Source: Lama glama (Eukaryota). From it: DNA of 64,000 nt. Within the stretch, counting starts at the first letter, position 1. The number at the start of each line of letters is the position of its first letter. The notes beneath the pieces were generated by a model that had not been told where the DNA came from, did no database searches, and saw only the letters and a program-made list of their open reading frames with translations. The stretch lies in assembly GCA_028534125.1 (NCBI GenBank), contig CM052818.1, forward strand, positions 7,938,001 to 8,002,000. The letters are read 5' to 3'. The position numbers and the translations under genes were made by a program. Shown here one piece after another: positions 40,941 to 52,600 of this stretch.

Positions 40941-41039
40941 CTGGTCTTTACCAAAGACAGATCCATTTCCAATACCGTACAGCAGTGAATATGCAATTTG
41001 ACCAGCTGCTCCAGTCACAAGGACCCGGATTGGTTCAGA
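40941..41039 (-). CDS. MDH1: MDH1 exon 2 ([33 protein letters not shown])
   Basis: cag|TCT ... CAG|gtaggg; 99 nt; Rossmann-fold motif. Confidence 0.98.
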
Positions 41040-44000
41040 CTGTAATGAAACAGACCCATGAACGTCTTATTAAAAAGTGCTATTTGTCCCTAAAGATATT
41101 CAGGATTTCCTCTATAATATGACAACCACACACTTTAAAAGCTGATGTAAAATCTTAAAGTCTCTTCACATCTGGCTTAGTAGAAGACTAATTTATCTCA
41201 GACTTGTCCCAGTAAATACAGCATGCACAAAGCAAGTAACTTCTGGGACATGTATCCTTTGGCTGCATGTTCATGTGGTCTTATTTAACTCTCCCAGCCA
41301 TCTTAGATTTACGTACAAAATCGTATCCATCTTTTTTTACGATATTTTACCACTGAAATAGGCTTAATGGCGTTGATGTGCATTATATGATGATACAAAC
41401 CCTGGCGGCCACTAGAACCTTACGAATCCTCTTATGCAAATCCCTCCACTCCCTTCTGCTCAAAAGAATTCTGCACACCAGGAAGTGGAGTAACAGTGGT
41501 TAACATTTCCCATTTAGGAGCCAGAAAGTTTTAATAAAACTACTAATCATGATTCAGCTTAACTACTTGGAGGAAGAAAACTAAGCCTGTATTTTTCATT
41601 TAAGGAGAAAGAAAAATTTAAAAAATGATAATATCTGGATTATAGTAATTTTAGCATTAAACAATGGCAACATGTAGTAACAGCTGACAGCCTGATTCCA
41701 AGGGAAAATTAATTTTAAAGGTGAGGAAGGGGAAGAAGTACAAAGAACATACTAGTTATAATACAGGGAAGTCACCTTATAGATCTCAACAGACCCTGAA
41801 CAAAATGTAGATATTTGGACCAAAAAACCCCCAAACAAAACTAATTCAAAGTGATGACCTGATGACCCTGAGTCATGAAAAGAAAAAAAAAAGTTAAATT
41901 AAGGTCAGAGAATTAAAAAGAATTATTTATATTAAAAAGAGCTGAACAAAAACGTTTGGAAACTCAGTAAGTTTAATTAGATGGGAAAACTCAGGGGAAT
42001 TTGTTCCTTTCTCTGACAATGCTGGGTAAATGTACTTGCACTCTGTCACCTCTGTTGTTACCCACACAAGAGCTGTAGCCCACTGAACTGGCTGGCGATA
42101 GAAGCATTTGATTTCTTTATATTTAGAAGTCCCTCTTCGAGAGGGGTCATGCTTCTAGGACAGGAGACTATGACCTCAAAAGGTCCTTCTAACCTTCACA
42201 CCCTAACCTCTGGAGGTCAGCAGCACTTAGCAATTTGGTAGGCACGCAACTCAGAGGAAAAAAAAAATCTCAGGAAAGAAGTGTCAATTGTTGTAGAGAA
42301 ATGAATCTGAACACAGCAGACTGTGTATGCATTTCTTCCTCAGAGATGTGACCACGGCAAGAGTGGGGAAAAAAGGGAAAAGTAAGAGTTATTCCTGACC
42401 TTCTGGGTTTCTTCCCCATACTCTTCACCAATTTACCCCCATGCTTTCATTTCTCTAAATATGCAGAATGATTAATTCCACAAACAATCCAATTTTAATA
42501 CAATATATATTATATGTTCCCAAATAGACTTCAGGTTTATAAAGAACACAAAAACTTATTGTATATAGTTATCTTCTATCGCATGGCCTTTATCTGTTTT
42601 AAATTCTGTCATTTTCCCCCCTTCCCTTGAAGTATAGGAGGAAAAGGAAAGAGGGGAAGAAATGATTCCTCCTCCCTCTTTAGAATGCAAGCTCTTCAAG
42701 GACAGGGGCTTTGTCTATTTTATTTACTGTTGAATCCCAACTGCCTAGGACAATGCCTGGCATGTAGTTGGAGCTCAAATATTTGCTGAAGGAATAGCTG
42801 GATCTTGTAAAATTACTATCAAAACCTTGGAAATGTAAAAGAACTGTTTGGAAGCAAACTTAACATGCTTTTAAAAATTATTTTATTCACATACATTTGC
42901 ACTGAGAAGCCTGGAAATTTAATGACCACAATAGCTCCAGCTATAGTTGGCAAAATTATTTATGTCATTAGTCCTAATGAAAGTCTTCCTCTGTTATGCA
43001 CCTTGTGCTATTATAGGCCAGAGAGTCCATTTAGTGAACCACATGCAGGAAACAAGAGGATAAGCCAATTTTTTTTTTTTTTTTTAAAACAGGGGCTAGA
43101 GAGGCAGTACAGTGTGGTCTCTAGAGCCAGACTTTCTGGTTCAAACCCTGATTCCACAACTCATTAGCTGTATGTTCTTGGGCCAGTTACTGTATTGTTT
43201 CTCCACAATAAAATGGAGATAACAGCAGCTACCTAACAAACACAGAGGTTGTAAGGACTGAGAGAGTTAACATTAATGCAGTAAGAACAGTATGTGGCAA
43301 GCACTCTAATTATAGGTCTCTCTCACCACAGATTTTTCCTCCAAGGACTCTTGTAGCCTATGTCTGTTACCCTCCAGTAGACTGAAACCTTCATGCGAGC
43401 ATTCTACCTTTGACTCAAATTTGCACTCCCATACAGTGTTCAACAAGTACTTGTTGAATGAATGAAAGTAAGGGTTAAGAAAAATATAACACATGCTACT
43501 TCACTGAAAGCAAGCTAGGATAAGAAATGAGGGGAAAGTGAATATTACTATCTGTAAAGCTGAACTTCCCAGAATATCAGGTAGATGGTTAGAATCGTGT
43601 AGTTGATTGCGGGCACTAATTTTAGCTACTAAAAAAATGTGTTCAAAGTATCACACCCTAGTGAAGGGGTTGTGGGCAACTAGCGAACAGCCGCTAATTC
43701 CACCCCAGCAGTTCCCTTCTTCTGTATCACTAAGTAAATTATCTTCATAGGTAGGTAATTCCATCTTGTTAACAGTAGTATGAAGCCTAGTTAACGCCTG
43801 AATGTTTGATGATGAAACAGGAAAGAAAGCACGTATTTGGTTCTTTCTGCCCTTTGCAACATTGCAGTGAAAAGCAGGAGGGTGGGAGATTCCCACTGAC
43901 TTCTCACAATGTTACAGTGTGAGGATAGGTTACTATTCTTTGCTTAGATATCTGGGCAGTCTGCCAAGATCCGAAGGAATGTCTTTGCTCTTGGTAGGGC

Positions 44001-45699
44001 ACTAATAATGACCTTCTGGCCGATGCAGGCTGCCTTGTGCAGGTGCTCAAGTCTCAGTTGTAAAGCTTGAATTGACGTGTTCTTTCTGTTATTCTACAGG
44101 AAGACCCAAGTATTCCTTTTTTCCTTTCTAATTTATATATATATTTCTATAATATAAAAGACAAACAGTATCATTCAGATTCCTTCATAGAGTTTATTCT
44201 TGCTGTCACACTCTATGGACACAAGCAAAGAATTTGCTTCTTCAAAAAAACTGTTCTGAATAGTTTACAAAAGATGACTCTTTTCTCAGTGATTGTTCAC
44301 ACTCTCCTGAGAAGGCAAGGAGATTGAGTCATATGAGAATTTGCTGTCAGTTTCAGCAAAGTGACAGGAGGATTCTTCTCATGGACATCTATGTTAGCTG
44401 GCGCTCGAGTGACCTTCCAGAGGTTAAGGCCTGGCTTGATAGATTGTGTAGGAAAGCAACACAAGAATGTGGGGGCAAGGATCCTTCTATGACCTTGGGA
44501 AAATCATTTGACCTCACCAGGGTACGTTTTAAGATTAGAGGAAACAATTTCCAAATTCCCTTCCAATTCTAAAATCCCAGTATTCTGAATTGCAAGGAAT
44601 AAAGCTATCAAATAATATAAATGCAGATACATACTTCAGTTTGTATTTGCAGTATGAGCTTGTATCTTCATCCAGAACCTCAGGAACTAAAAATACATTT
44701 TCAGAATGACTTGGTATGTGTCTGTATGACACAATACGGTAAAATGGAGAGTGTGAGATCTCTGGGGGCAAACTATTGCGTGACCTTGAGCAAATCACAT
44801 TCTCTTTGGGTTTCGATAAACTCAATTTTAAGATCTGAAGGGGGGAGATTTGTCAAGATGACCTTTAAAAGGTATCATCCAGTTTTAAAATTATAAAGTC
44901 TGAGGTTCTCTGATAAAAACACCTCCGCTTTCTTGCTAAGATTAGGTCAGAAACCACTGAAACATCATTTAAATGACTAATTATATTATCTGACAAAGTA
45001 AGTAGGAAACCCAGGTTTAACACTTTCTGAGAATTAGTAGCTGTCCCCATTGGCTCCCTTATAAAGGTAGAGGAAGTAATCCCTTTGCCTTGAAAACATA
45101 CCTTTTCAGGTTCTGGACAATTTCCAATTCCTTCAAATATTTCCCCACATTCCCCACCCATTTTTACTATTTTGAGATAACGAGGGAAATATAGTCTCAA
45201 GTACTGAAGCAATTTCTCTCGGTCTGATGTCAAATGTCACCTTCAAACAGCATGCAGATTATTCCTACGTCAGAGTCCCCTCACCAACCCCCCTCTTCTC
45301 CCTTTCAGCAGAGACAAGATGTGGAGCTCTTGATATCCAATCTTCATAACAAGATGGTTACATTGTAACATTTAAAAGTAGTGGTTCTAGAATTGATAAC
45401 ATACAGATTAGCAAAGAACATTGCACTAATTATTTGGCTAGGGATGCCATCACTGCATCATGTCCTGGCATTACAAAAGGAGATCTATGAACAGGTTTTA
45501 AAGAACATTTTGTGAAATTAGATATGGCGGAAACACTTCTCCCGAAAACGTAGATCGTAATCCGAAGCATCTGGCAAGCATTACCCTTGCAGTGAGGGCC
45601 TTCTGCTTTCAAGGGCTTTGTGACAAAAGCTCTTAAAAACACTGTGGGCTTAAGAGGAGAAAAAGAGGTTAGGATCCAACACCGTCTCCCATATCAAAC

Positions 45700-45756
45700 C
45701 TTATCCTCCTTATCAAACCCCATATCGTGCTTTGGAGAAAACCTGCAGCTTCTTAT
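45700..45756 (-). other. MDH1: Homologue of the human MDH1 alternative first coding exon (reads IRSCRFSPKHDMGFDKEDK|gt)
   Basis: 19 codons align to the recalled human long-isoform N-terminus MRRCSYFPKDVTVFDKDDK. Donor AAG|gtttga at 45699 is phase 0, like the exon 2 acceptor. Confidence 0.6.
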
Positions 45757-46026
45757 TTTGTATCCCCAACATGCAGCAGGATTGAGAACGCACCTCTCCA
45801 AGGACAGCGATTTCTCTAGAGTCTTTCTAAAAGCCCCCAGCTGGAAATCAATCCCTTCCCAATTACTGGGTCACTGCGACAGTCCCCACAAGATGAGTCG
45901 GAGCTTTCCAAAGGGCGTGAAGGACAATGCCTTGCAACCTCCTCCCAATAATCATTCAAGCGCAAGACACTCCACACATGGGTGCGAAGGCCGAGGTTGG
46001 GCAGGATGCAGGGGGCTCACACTCAC

Positions 46027-46029
46027 CAT
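46027..46029 (-). CDS. MDH1: MDH1 exon 1 coding part (ATG only)
   Basis: Minus strand reads CCAGTC ATG|gtgagt: good Kozak -3 purine and a consensus donor. It joins phase 0 to exon 2 (SEPIR). Confidence 0.93.
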
Positions 46030-46166
46030 GACTGGAAACTGCACGGATACTTCCAGCACCTGCAAAATGAGCCTCGAGGAGTGGGGTCACCTCTATCGCG
46101 GAACTGACTCAAAAAGGGCGAGCGGTGTTAGAAAGAAAAGGCTAGACTCCCGACCGCCGAGCCCTC

Positions 46167-46245
46167 TGGGAACTGTAGTTCCTGCTGCCCTGGGTTGGGC
46201 GCAATCTCCAATGAATTTCCTTAACGTGTTGAACTACACTTCCCG
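46167..46245. promoter_or_regulatory. Two divergent ACTACAnnTCCC motifs (ZNF143/THAP11 type)
   Basis: AACTACAGTTCCCA on minus (46167-46180) and AACTACACTTCCCG on plus (46232-46245). Confidence 0.75.
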
Positions 46246-46619
46246 ACATCAGAGGGTCTTCTCACGCCCTTCTCCCTGCGCTCTTCTTCGGTTGCAAAGT
46301 AGTCCCCGAGAGCGGGCCGCTGTGATTGGAGGACGGCGACGAGCGGATGATTTCGGCTAAGGAGGAAAGGACCTGCCGGATGGCGGCCAGCAATTGGCGG
46401 GAGGGGAGGCGGGTGTTAACTTAAGGGAGGAGAGAGAAACCTCGCAGCTACATCACCCACCCTGGCGCTTCTGAGACTTTATCCTCCCCCAAGGGTAAAC
46501 GTGGGAGGTAAAAAGACCTTCCGCTGCGTAAAGCCGGCTCGACCCGGAAACAGAATCTTTTTAAAAACTATTCACACTCTCCGGGGGCGGGAGGAATTGA
46601 CGTGTCGGGAAGACCCGGC

Positions 46620-46873
46620 GGCTTCGCAGGTTGCTAAGCGACGAGGCGGGCGAGCTTGAGCACAACTTGGACGCTGAGGAGTACCTGAGGCACCCGTGGC
46701 GCAGCACCTCGGAGACCGAAGGGGCTGAGCGAGCGCTCCGTGCACTCCCGGGTCCTTCTTCCCTAGCCCGGGGACCCGCGCCCTTGTAGTGTCCGGTGAC
46801 AAGGTGCGGGATTTGCGAGGACGCCCACTCTGAGGCGGCCGGGGGCCGCGCGTCTTCCCCACTCCGGAGGCAG
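46620..46873 (+). other. WDPCP: WDPCP exon 1 (5' end approximate; probably non-coding in this species). Intron 1 appears to run past the window end.
   Basis: 46799-46873 translates TRCGICEDAHSEAAGGRASSPLRRQ, versus the recalled human N-terminus MRREFCWDAYSKAAGSRASSPLPRQ. Donor CAG|gtgagt at 46874. Head-to-head MDH1/WDPCP synteny is established. Confidence 0.85.
46630..46642. promoter_or_regulatory. RFX X-box-like element
   Basis: GTTGCTAAGCGAC resembles the X-box GTTGCCATGGCAAC and lies at the 5' end of a ciliary gene. Confidence 0.6.
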
Positions 46874-48547
46874 GTGAGTCCCCCGCAAGCAAGGGGTCTT
46901 TTAATTTTAGGGTCGGGAATGCGGTTGTGCGCCGTCTCGCGTTGCCTTTATCGACCCCGATGCTGATCTACTGCGCGGGTTCCCTCAAACTCGCTGGTCC
47001 CTTTCTGCGCACAGAGTATTAGGGCAACAGCGATCTTATGGAGGGCGTAGTGCCCTGAAGTTCGCGCCACCTCCGCGCTGTAAGAGGCAGCTCTTTTCAA
47101 GTTAAATGAGAAGTTTTGAGCTCCTGCTTTGTGAGAAGTGAGCCCCTCCCTTACTGGAGTTCACAGTTAAACTTTTTCTCTAGGTCCTCCGTGGATGTTG
47201 ACACTTTTGTCCGTTCTCTTTTGGAAACTGGACATCCTATAGACCATCTTGACCTTTAAATTGTGCCAAACTTGCATTTCTAAGGAAAGCGTGGCAACTG
47301 AATGGGAGACACCTGTTGGTTCAGGCAGTCTCAGCTGGTAACACTTAACGAGGTTTTCGCGTAAAATTAACATGGCCAAGAAAATTGTGCTGACTGAAAC
47401 TTTGTTTCCTGTGGATATTAAAAGGAAGATATGCTCTGGAATAGCACGTGTGTAGTGAGATGAATGAAGTATCTGTATTAGATAACGTTGGTGTAACTTC
47501 TGATTTTTCTTTATCACCGGTAGTTGAATGTCGAGTGGTATCTTTCAGTTTTTCTCTCTTCAGTTTTGGGGGGGTTTACTGTTGTCGAAAAGAAGTACAA
47601 TTTACTTTCCAACCTGACCTGTCAATAGCATTTACCATACCTGACTGTCTCCTTGAATAACTGTTTACTTGGCTCTCAGAAAACATAACTTCCCTGGTTT
47701 TCCTCTGTGTCACTGGTTGCCCCTTCTCAGTGTTCTTTGCAAGCTCTTTTTCGCCGCTGACCTTGTAACATTGGAGTGCCTGTATTCTTCTATATGCATT
47801 TAATCCCTAAGTGATCTAATTCATGAGTTGCATGGTTTGAAATGCCACTTCTATGGTAAAAAAAAAAAAAAAACCTCCTAAATTTGTGTCTACTCCTAAG
47901 TTCCAGACTCATGTGTCTAACTACTTATTATTTCCACTTGAGTTTCCGATATGCATCATTTCCACTATTTTACAGCGTCTTCTACTGAGCAATTGTATGT
48001 AAAAGTAAAGCGCCACACCTTTTGGTACAGATAATATGACCTGTAATTTCCCCAGTTGTAAGATGTTGATTGTGGATGGGATTATGAGATTTCAAATGGT
48101 ACAGTAGTGAAGAGTGGGTTAGATGAAGACTGGTTTAATAAACTGGCCAGGAGAACATAGGGCAAGGATTTTAGGATGTGGCACTCTGTTAGGCTCTGGG
48201 GATTCAGAAGTTAAAAATACACAATTGCCACTTTTTAGAGTCCCTAGGTTAACAGGGAACACAGGTAGGTAAATCCATAATGACAACAAGGTGGGACTTC
48301 GTTAGTAATAGGTAAGAGTAATTCTGAGCTGCCATGGCTTCACAAAGGAGGTGCTGTCTGGATATGGACAAATGGATGTTTCTGCTTAGCAGCTGAGGTA
48401 GGGTGTTAGGTTGTCAGCACGATAGCTTGCAAACATAAATGCTTTAAGCTCCTGATTTTTTTTTTTTAACTAAGGCTTTAGAATTGTCTAAGACTGTAGC
48501 CACTACTCACGTGTGGCTGTTAAATTAATTACAATTAAATAAAATTA

Positions 48548-49690
48548 GCGCACGAGAGTTTCCTTTTCTCCACATCCTCACCAACACTTGTTTTCTTGAT
48601 AATAGCCATTCCAATAGGTGTGAGGTGGTATCTCATTATGGTTTTAATTTGCATTTATTTGATGATTAATGAAGTTGAGCATCTTTTCATGTGTCATTTG
48701 GCCATCTGTATGTCTTTGGAAAAATTTCTCTTCAGGTCCTCTGCCTGCTTTTTAATTGAGTTTTTTTTTTTTTTGAATGTTGAGTTATATGAGTTCTTTG
48801 TATATTTTGAATGTTAACCCCTTATTAGATATATTGTTTGCAAATATCTCCCATTTAGGAGGCAGCCTTTTGTTCTATTGGTTTCCTTCGCTATGCGAAA
48901 GCCTTTTAGTTTAATGTGGTCTCATTTGTTTATTTTTGCTTTTGTTTCCCTTGCATGAGGAGACTTATCTAAAAATGATTGCTAAGCACTGTTGATAGGA
49001 TTGTAAATTGGTGCAGCCACTGTGGAACAATATGGAGATTCCTCAAAAATTAAAAATAGAACTAAAATATGATCCAGCAATTTCAGTTCTGAGTATCTAC
49101 TGAAGAAAACAAAAACACCAATTCAAAAAATGTATACCCTCCAAAGGTCATTGCAGGGTATATATTACAATAGCCAAGATAGAAAAGCAAAACCTAAGCA
49201 TCCATTGATAGACTAATGGATAAGAAGATGTGGTATATATACAGTGAATATTACTCAGCTATTAAAACAAATCTTGCCATTTGCCACAATATGGATAGAT
49301 CTAGAGAGTATTATGCTAAGTGAAATAAGCTAGAGAAAGAAAAATACCACATGTTTTCACTTATATGTTGAATCTAAAAAACAAAACAGACTAAATGAAA
49401 TGAAACAGACTTACAGAGAACAGCTGGTTGCTAGAAGGGAGGGGGAGGTATTGGGGTGGGCAAAACAGGTATAGGGATTAAGAGGTACAATCCTCCAGTT
49501 ATATAATAAATAAGTCCCGGGGGTTTAATATTCAACACTAGGAATATGATAATATAGTAATAACTTTGTATGGGGACAGATGGTTACTAGACTTGTGGTG
49601 ATCATTTCATAATGTATGCAAATATCAAATCATTATGTAGTACACCTGAAACTAATATAATATTGTATATCAACTCTATTTCAATAAAAA
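48548..49690 (+). mobile_element. 5'-inverted L1 inserted into a MER3/MER33-like hAT element
   Basis: 48548-48986 is antisense L1, 48987-49690 is sense L1 ending in an A-rich tail. Confidence 0.85.
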
Positions 49691-52600
49691 ATTAATTAAA
49701 AATACTATTTCTCAGTCACACTAGTTATGTTTCAATTACTTAGTAGCTACATGTGACAGAAGAGCAAACATGTTCGTTATCACAGAAAGTTCTGTAGCAC
49801 GGCTGCCAGAATGTAGGGGAAGCAAGGCATCATCCAGAGCAGGAGCAGCTGCAGCATATCTTTGTGGGGGCTTTTCTTTTGCCTCTGGGTACCCCATGGA
49901 ATTCCTAGTTGTTTGTCATGTCCAAGGCAAGAAAGAAACCCAATTTTTAATGTTAACCACTGCTGATTTATTTTGGAAAAACTCACATTGACAGTTTGGG
50001 TGTGCAAAGTTTACACACACTGCATCATCCTAGATCTTGAATGAGACTTAGCATCAGCAAGCCCACATCCTCAGGAGGGGTTGGAAAAGTAGAGTCATTG
50101 CCTGAGTGACACCGAACAACATCTGTCTTCTGCTGTCCAGTATTCTGGAATACTTGTATCCCTACCACCTTCTAAGCAGATAGAGGAGCATGTGCCACTT
50201 GTTGAGGCTAGCATGGCAGGTTTAGACTCTACCAATAAGGGGGCGTTAGGAGAGAAAGGAGCCCAGGTGGGGTGTCTGTATAATACATTTTAATGTGTGC
50301 AACAGGTGCATATGTATGCTTTTTATAAATCGTCATAATATATGTTTTACTTGGATATATTTGCTCTCTATGACCTTATCTCTGTGAAAAGTTCTTCCTG
50401 TTAAATGTCTGGCTGGTTTTATACTTTATAACATTTTCGGTTTGGATTGAAGAAACATGCTTTTTCTAAGTCAAATTTTATGATTCTTGCCATTCCTAAG
50501 AAAGGAGGAAGCGAGATGTCACTGAAGAATAGCCTAAAGGTGCTTTAAATGTATTGGTGGGTGGAGAGAATAGGTAATAATTACCCATTAATTAATAATA
50601 ATAATTTTATTATTTGTTCAACTCACTACCCAGCTTACCAAAGAATATTATAAACCCCTTCCTGGAGATAGTGTGTTGACACACGAACTCACTTCCGCGT
50701 GTATAGATATATTTTGCGATTATAAAAAGAATGTCATGGGTTATTTAATAATAATAATGAATCAATTAATGTTTTCTCTTGTCCCCTACTAACTAGAGAT
50801 AATGAAAACTTATTTTAGGTCACTGCTAATGGCTTTACATGTAAAAAATACTACTATATCTGCACAAACGTATTTACATTTTCTCATAAATGTGCCCAAA
50901 GACATATAATTAAACGCCTATTTAAAAAAAGTTAAGACATATGAAAAGACTGAAATGGGTCAATTTATGATTTATAAGAGGTGGGGAAGAGTGTTAAGAG
51001 CTAGACCTCGGATAATAAGTAGAAGTATGGAGCAGGGACAGGAGAAAAAAGGGATAGGGAAAAAAAGACAGCAATTGAGTACGAAGAACGAACATACTGA
51101 AGTGAAGAGGAGGGGAAAAAAAAAACTCACCATTTATTTGCATTATACACCTTATGCTTTAGCCAGCCTACCTGCTATTGCTCAAGCATGTCCTTCAGTT
51201 TTCTGCTGCCATATTTGATGTATGCTTTTTCACACCTGGAATCTCATCCTCCATTTTGCCTGTTAAAATCTCTCGAAATGTTTTGACCTTTATGAAGCAC
51301 TTCTTTTCTTCCCTTTTAAAAACTTTTACAGAAATTTCAAACAAAGAAAACGGTGAGATAGTATAATTTTTCTCAGTCCATTATCCAGCTTCAACAGTTA
51401 TTAACATTTTGGCAATTTTTAAAAATACATCTCCCTGCTTCCCTCCTCCAACATTTTCAAACATACAGAAGAGCTGTACAGTGAACTCTTTAGTCTGAGT
51501 GCAGTCAGGAGGCACAACTATACTGGTTATTGGAAAATGTATTTTGATGAATTGTTAACTAGAACAGGGAGAGGTGGTTAACTATTAAAAGAGGTAAAGG
51601 AGCTCTGAGTCTAAGGGTCCCCAAAGCAGCAAGTGTGAAAGAGCAGCTACTATTACTAGGACAAGGGAGAAAGACTGAGAGGGCCCTTCTTCCCAAAGCT
51701 TGGATACAGGCCTTTACAGAAAGGGCACGCCTACCATGGCTGCATGGCCTGAGGCCACAGCTGGAACCTGTCTTGTCAGTACTCTTGGACATTCATGCTA
51801 ATTAATAATAATAATAATAATGGAGAACCTGAATCTGGAAGGAAGTCTATGTCCACTGCAATCACCTTATAGGTTCCCTCTATTGCCTTCTCTAAAGCTG
51901 GCAAAAGAGAAATGTTTAGAGGGCCTAGCTCTATTGTCATAAAGCAGGGCAAAGAAAGGTGGATTTGATGTTGAGCGATAATAAATTGGTAACTGACACA
52001 CCTGTAGTAGCTACCACCTAATTTCTACAATTGTTAAGCAGTTTGATTTATTTACTTAATCATGAAATCTTTTTTGATGCAACAGCCTGATCACTCTTTG
52101 TTTTAAATTTTGAAATTAAAAATCATCTGCAAAACTGATCTGTGGTGGGGAAAAAAAATCACTAACAGTGGTTCCCTGCAGAGGTGGGAGTTGGGGTGGG
52201 GATTGACTGGAAATGAGCATGCGGGAACTTCAGGTAATTTTTTGAAGAGCAATGTGAAAGTTTGTTTAAAAATTCAATATTTGTAATACATTGGAAATGA
52301 CAGTCTTTACAACTGTGTAAATATGATTTTAGATGTTAATTTAAAAACGTATGTAGGAATATGTTGTTTTTTTAAAATATGAGTAAGAAGGTTTTAATTT
52401 TCTAAACATGACAAAAAGACCTTGGACAAGTCACAACCTTTGAAACGGAGTTTCTTAAACTGTAAAATCAGGATAATATTCACTCTATTTAGGATTAAAT
52501 GTCACTTATGGCTCTAAGTGTAGTACACTTTAAATCATTACAATTCTTAGTAGTATACCCTTTATTAAAGCAAATGTTACAAATTTAGATACTAAAAATT

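Larger units (their letters stand above)
24490..46140 (-). other. MDH1: MDH1 gene span (cytosolic malate dehydrogenase), 9 exons; transcript ends approximate
   Basis: The coding exons join with GT-AG boundaries into 3+99+97+176+123+177+114+90+126 = 1005 nt (334 aa plus stop). The product has the GAAGQI NAD-binding motif and residues R92, R98, D159, R162 and H187. Confidence 0.98.
45950..47080. promoter_or_regulatory. CpG island / bidirectional MDH1-WDPCP promoter
   Basis: Sharp rise in GC and CpG relative to the flanks. CCAAT boxes at 46208-46212, 46325-46329 and about 46393-46397, plus GC-box, ETS-like (ccggaa) and CRE-like (tgacgt) words. Confidence 0.9.

Noticed and set aside
45620..46360. 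246-aa plus-strand ORF antisense to MDH1 exon 1
   Set aside because: It starts at GTG, has no recognisable domain and runs into the stop-poor CpG island; best explained as a chance ORF.
46572..46892. 106-aa minus-strand ORF over WDPCP exon 1
   Set aside because: Non-ATG start and a Pro/Arg/Gly-rich composition typical of GC-rich non-coding DNA.
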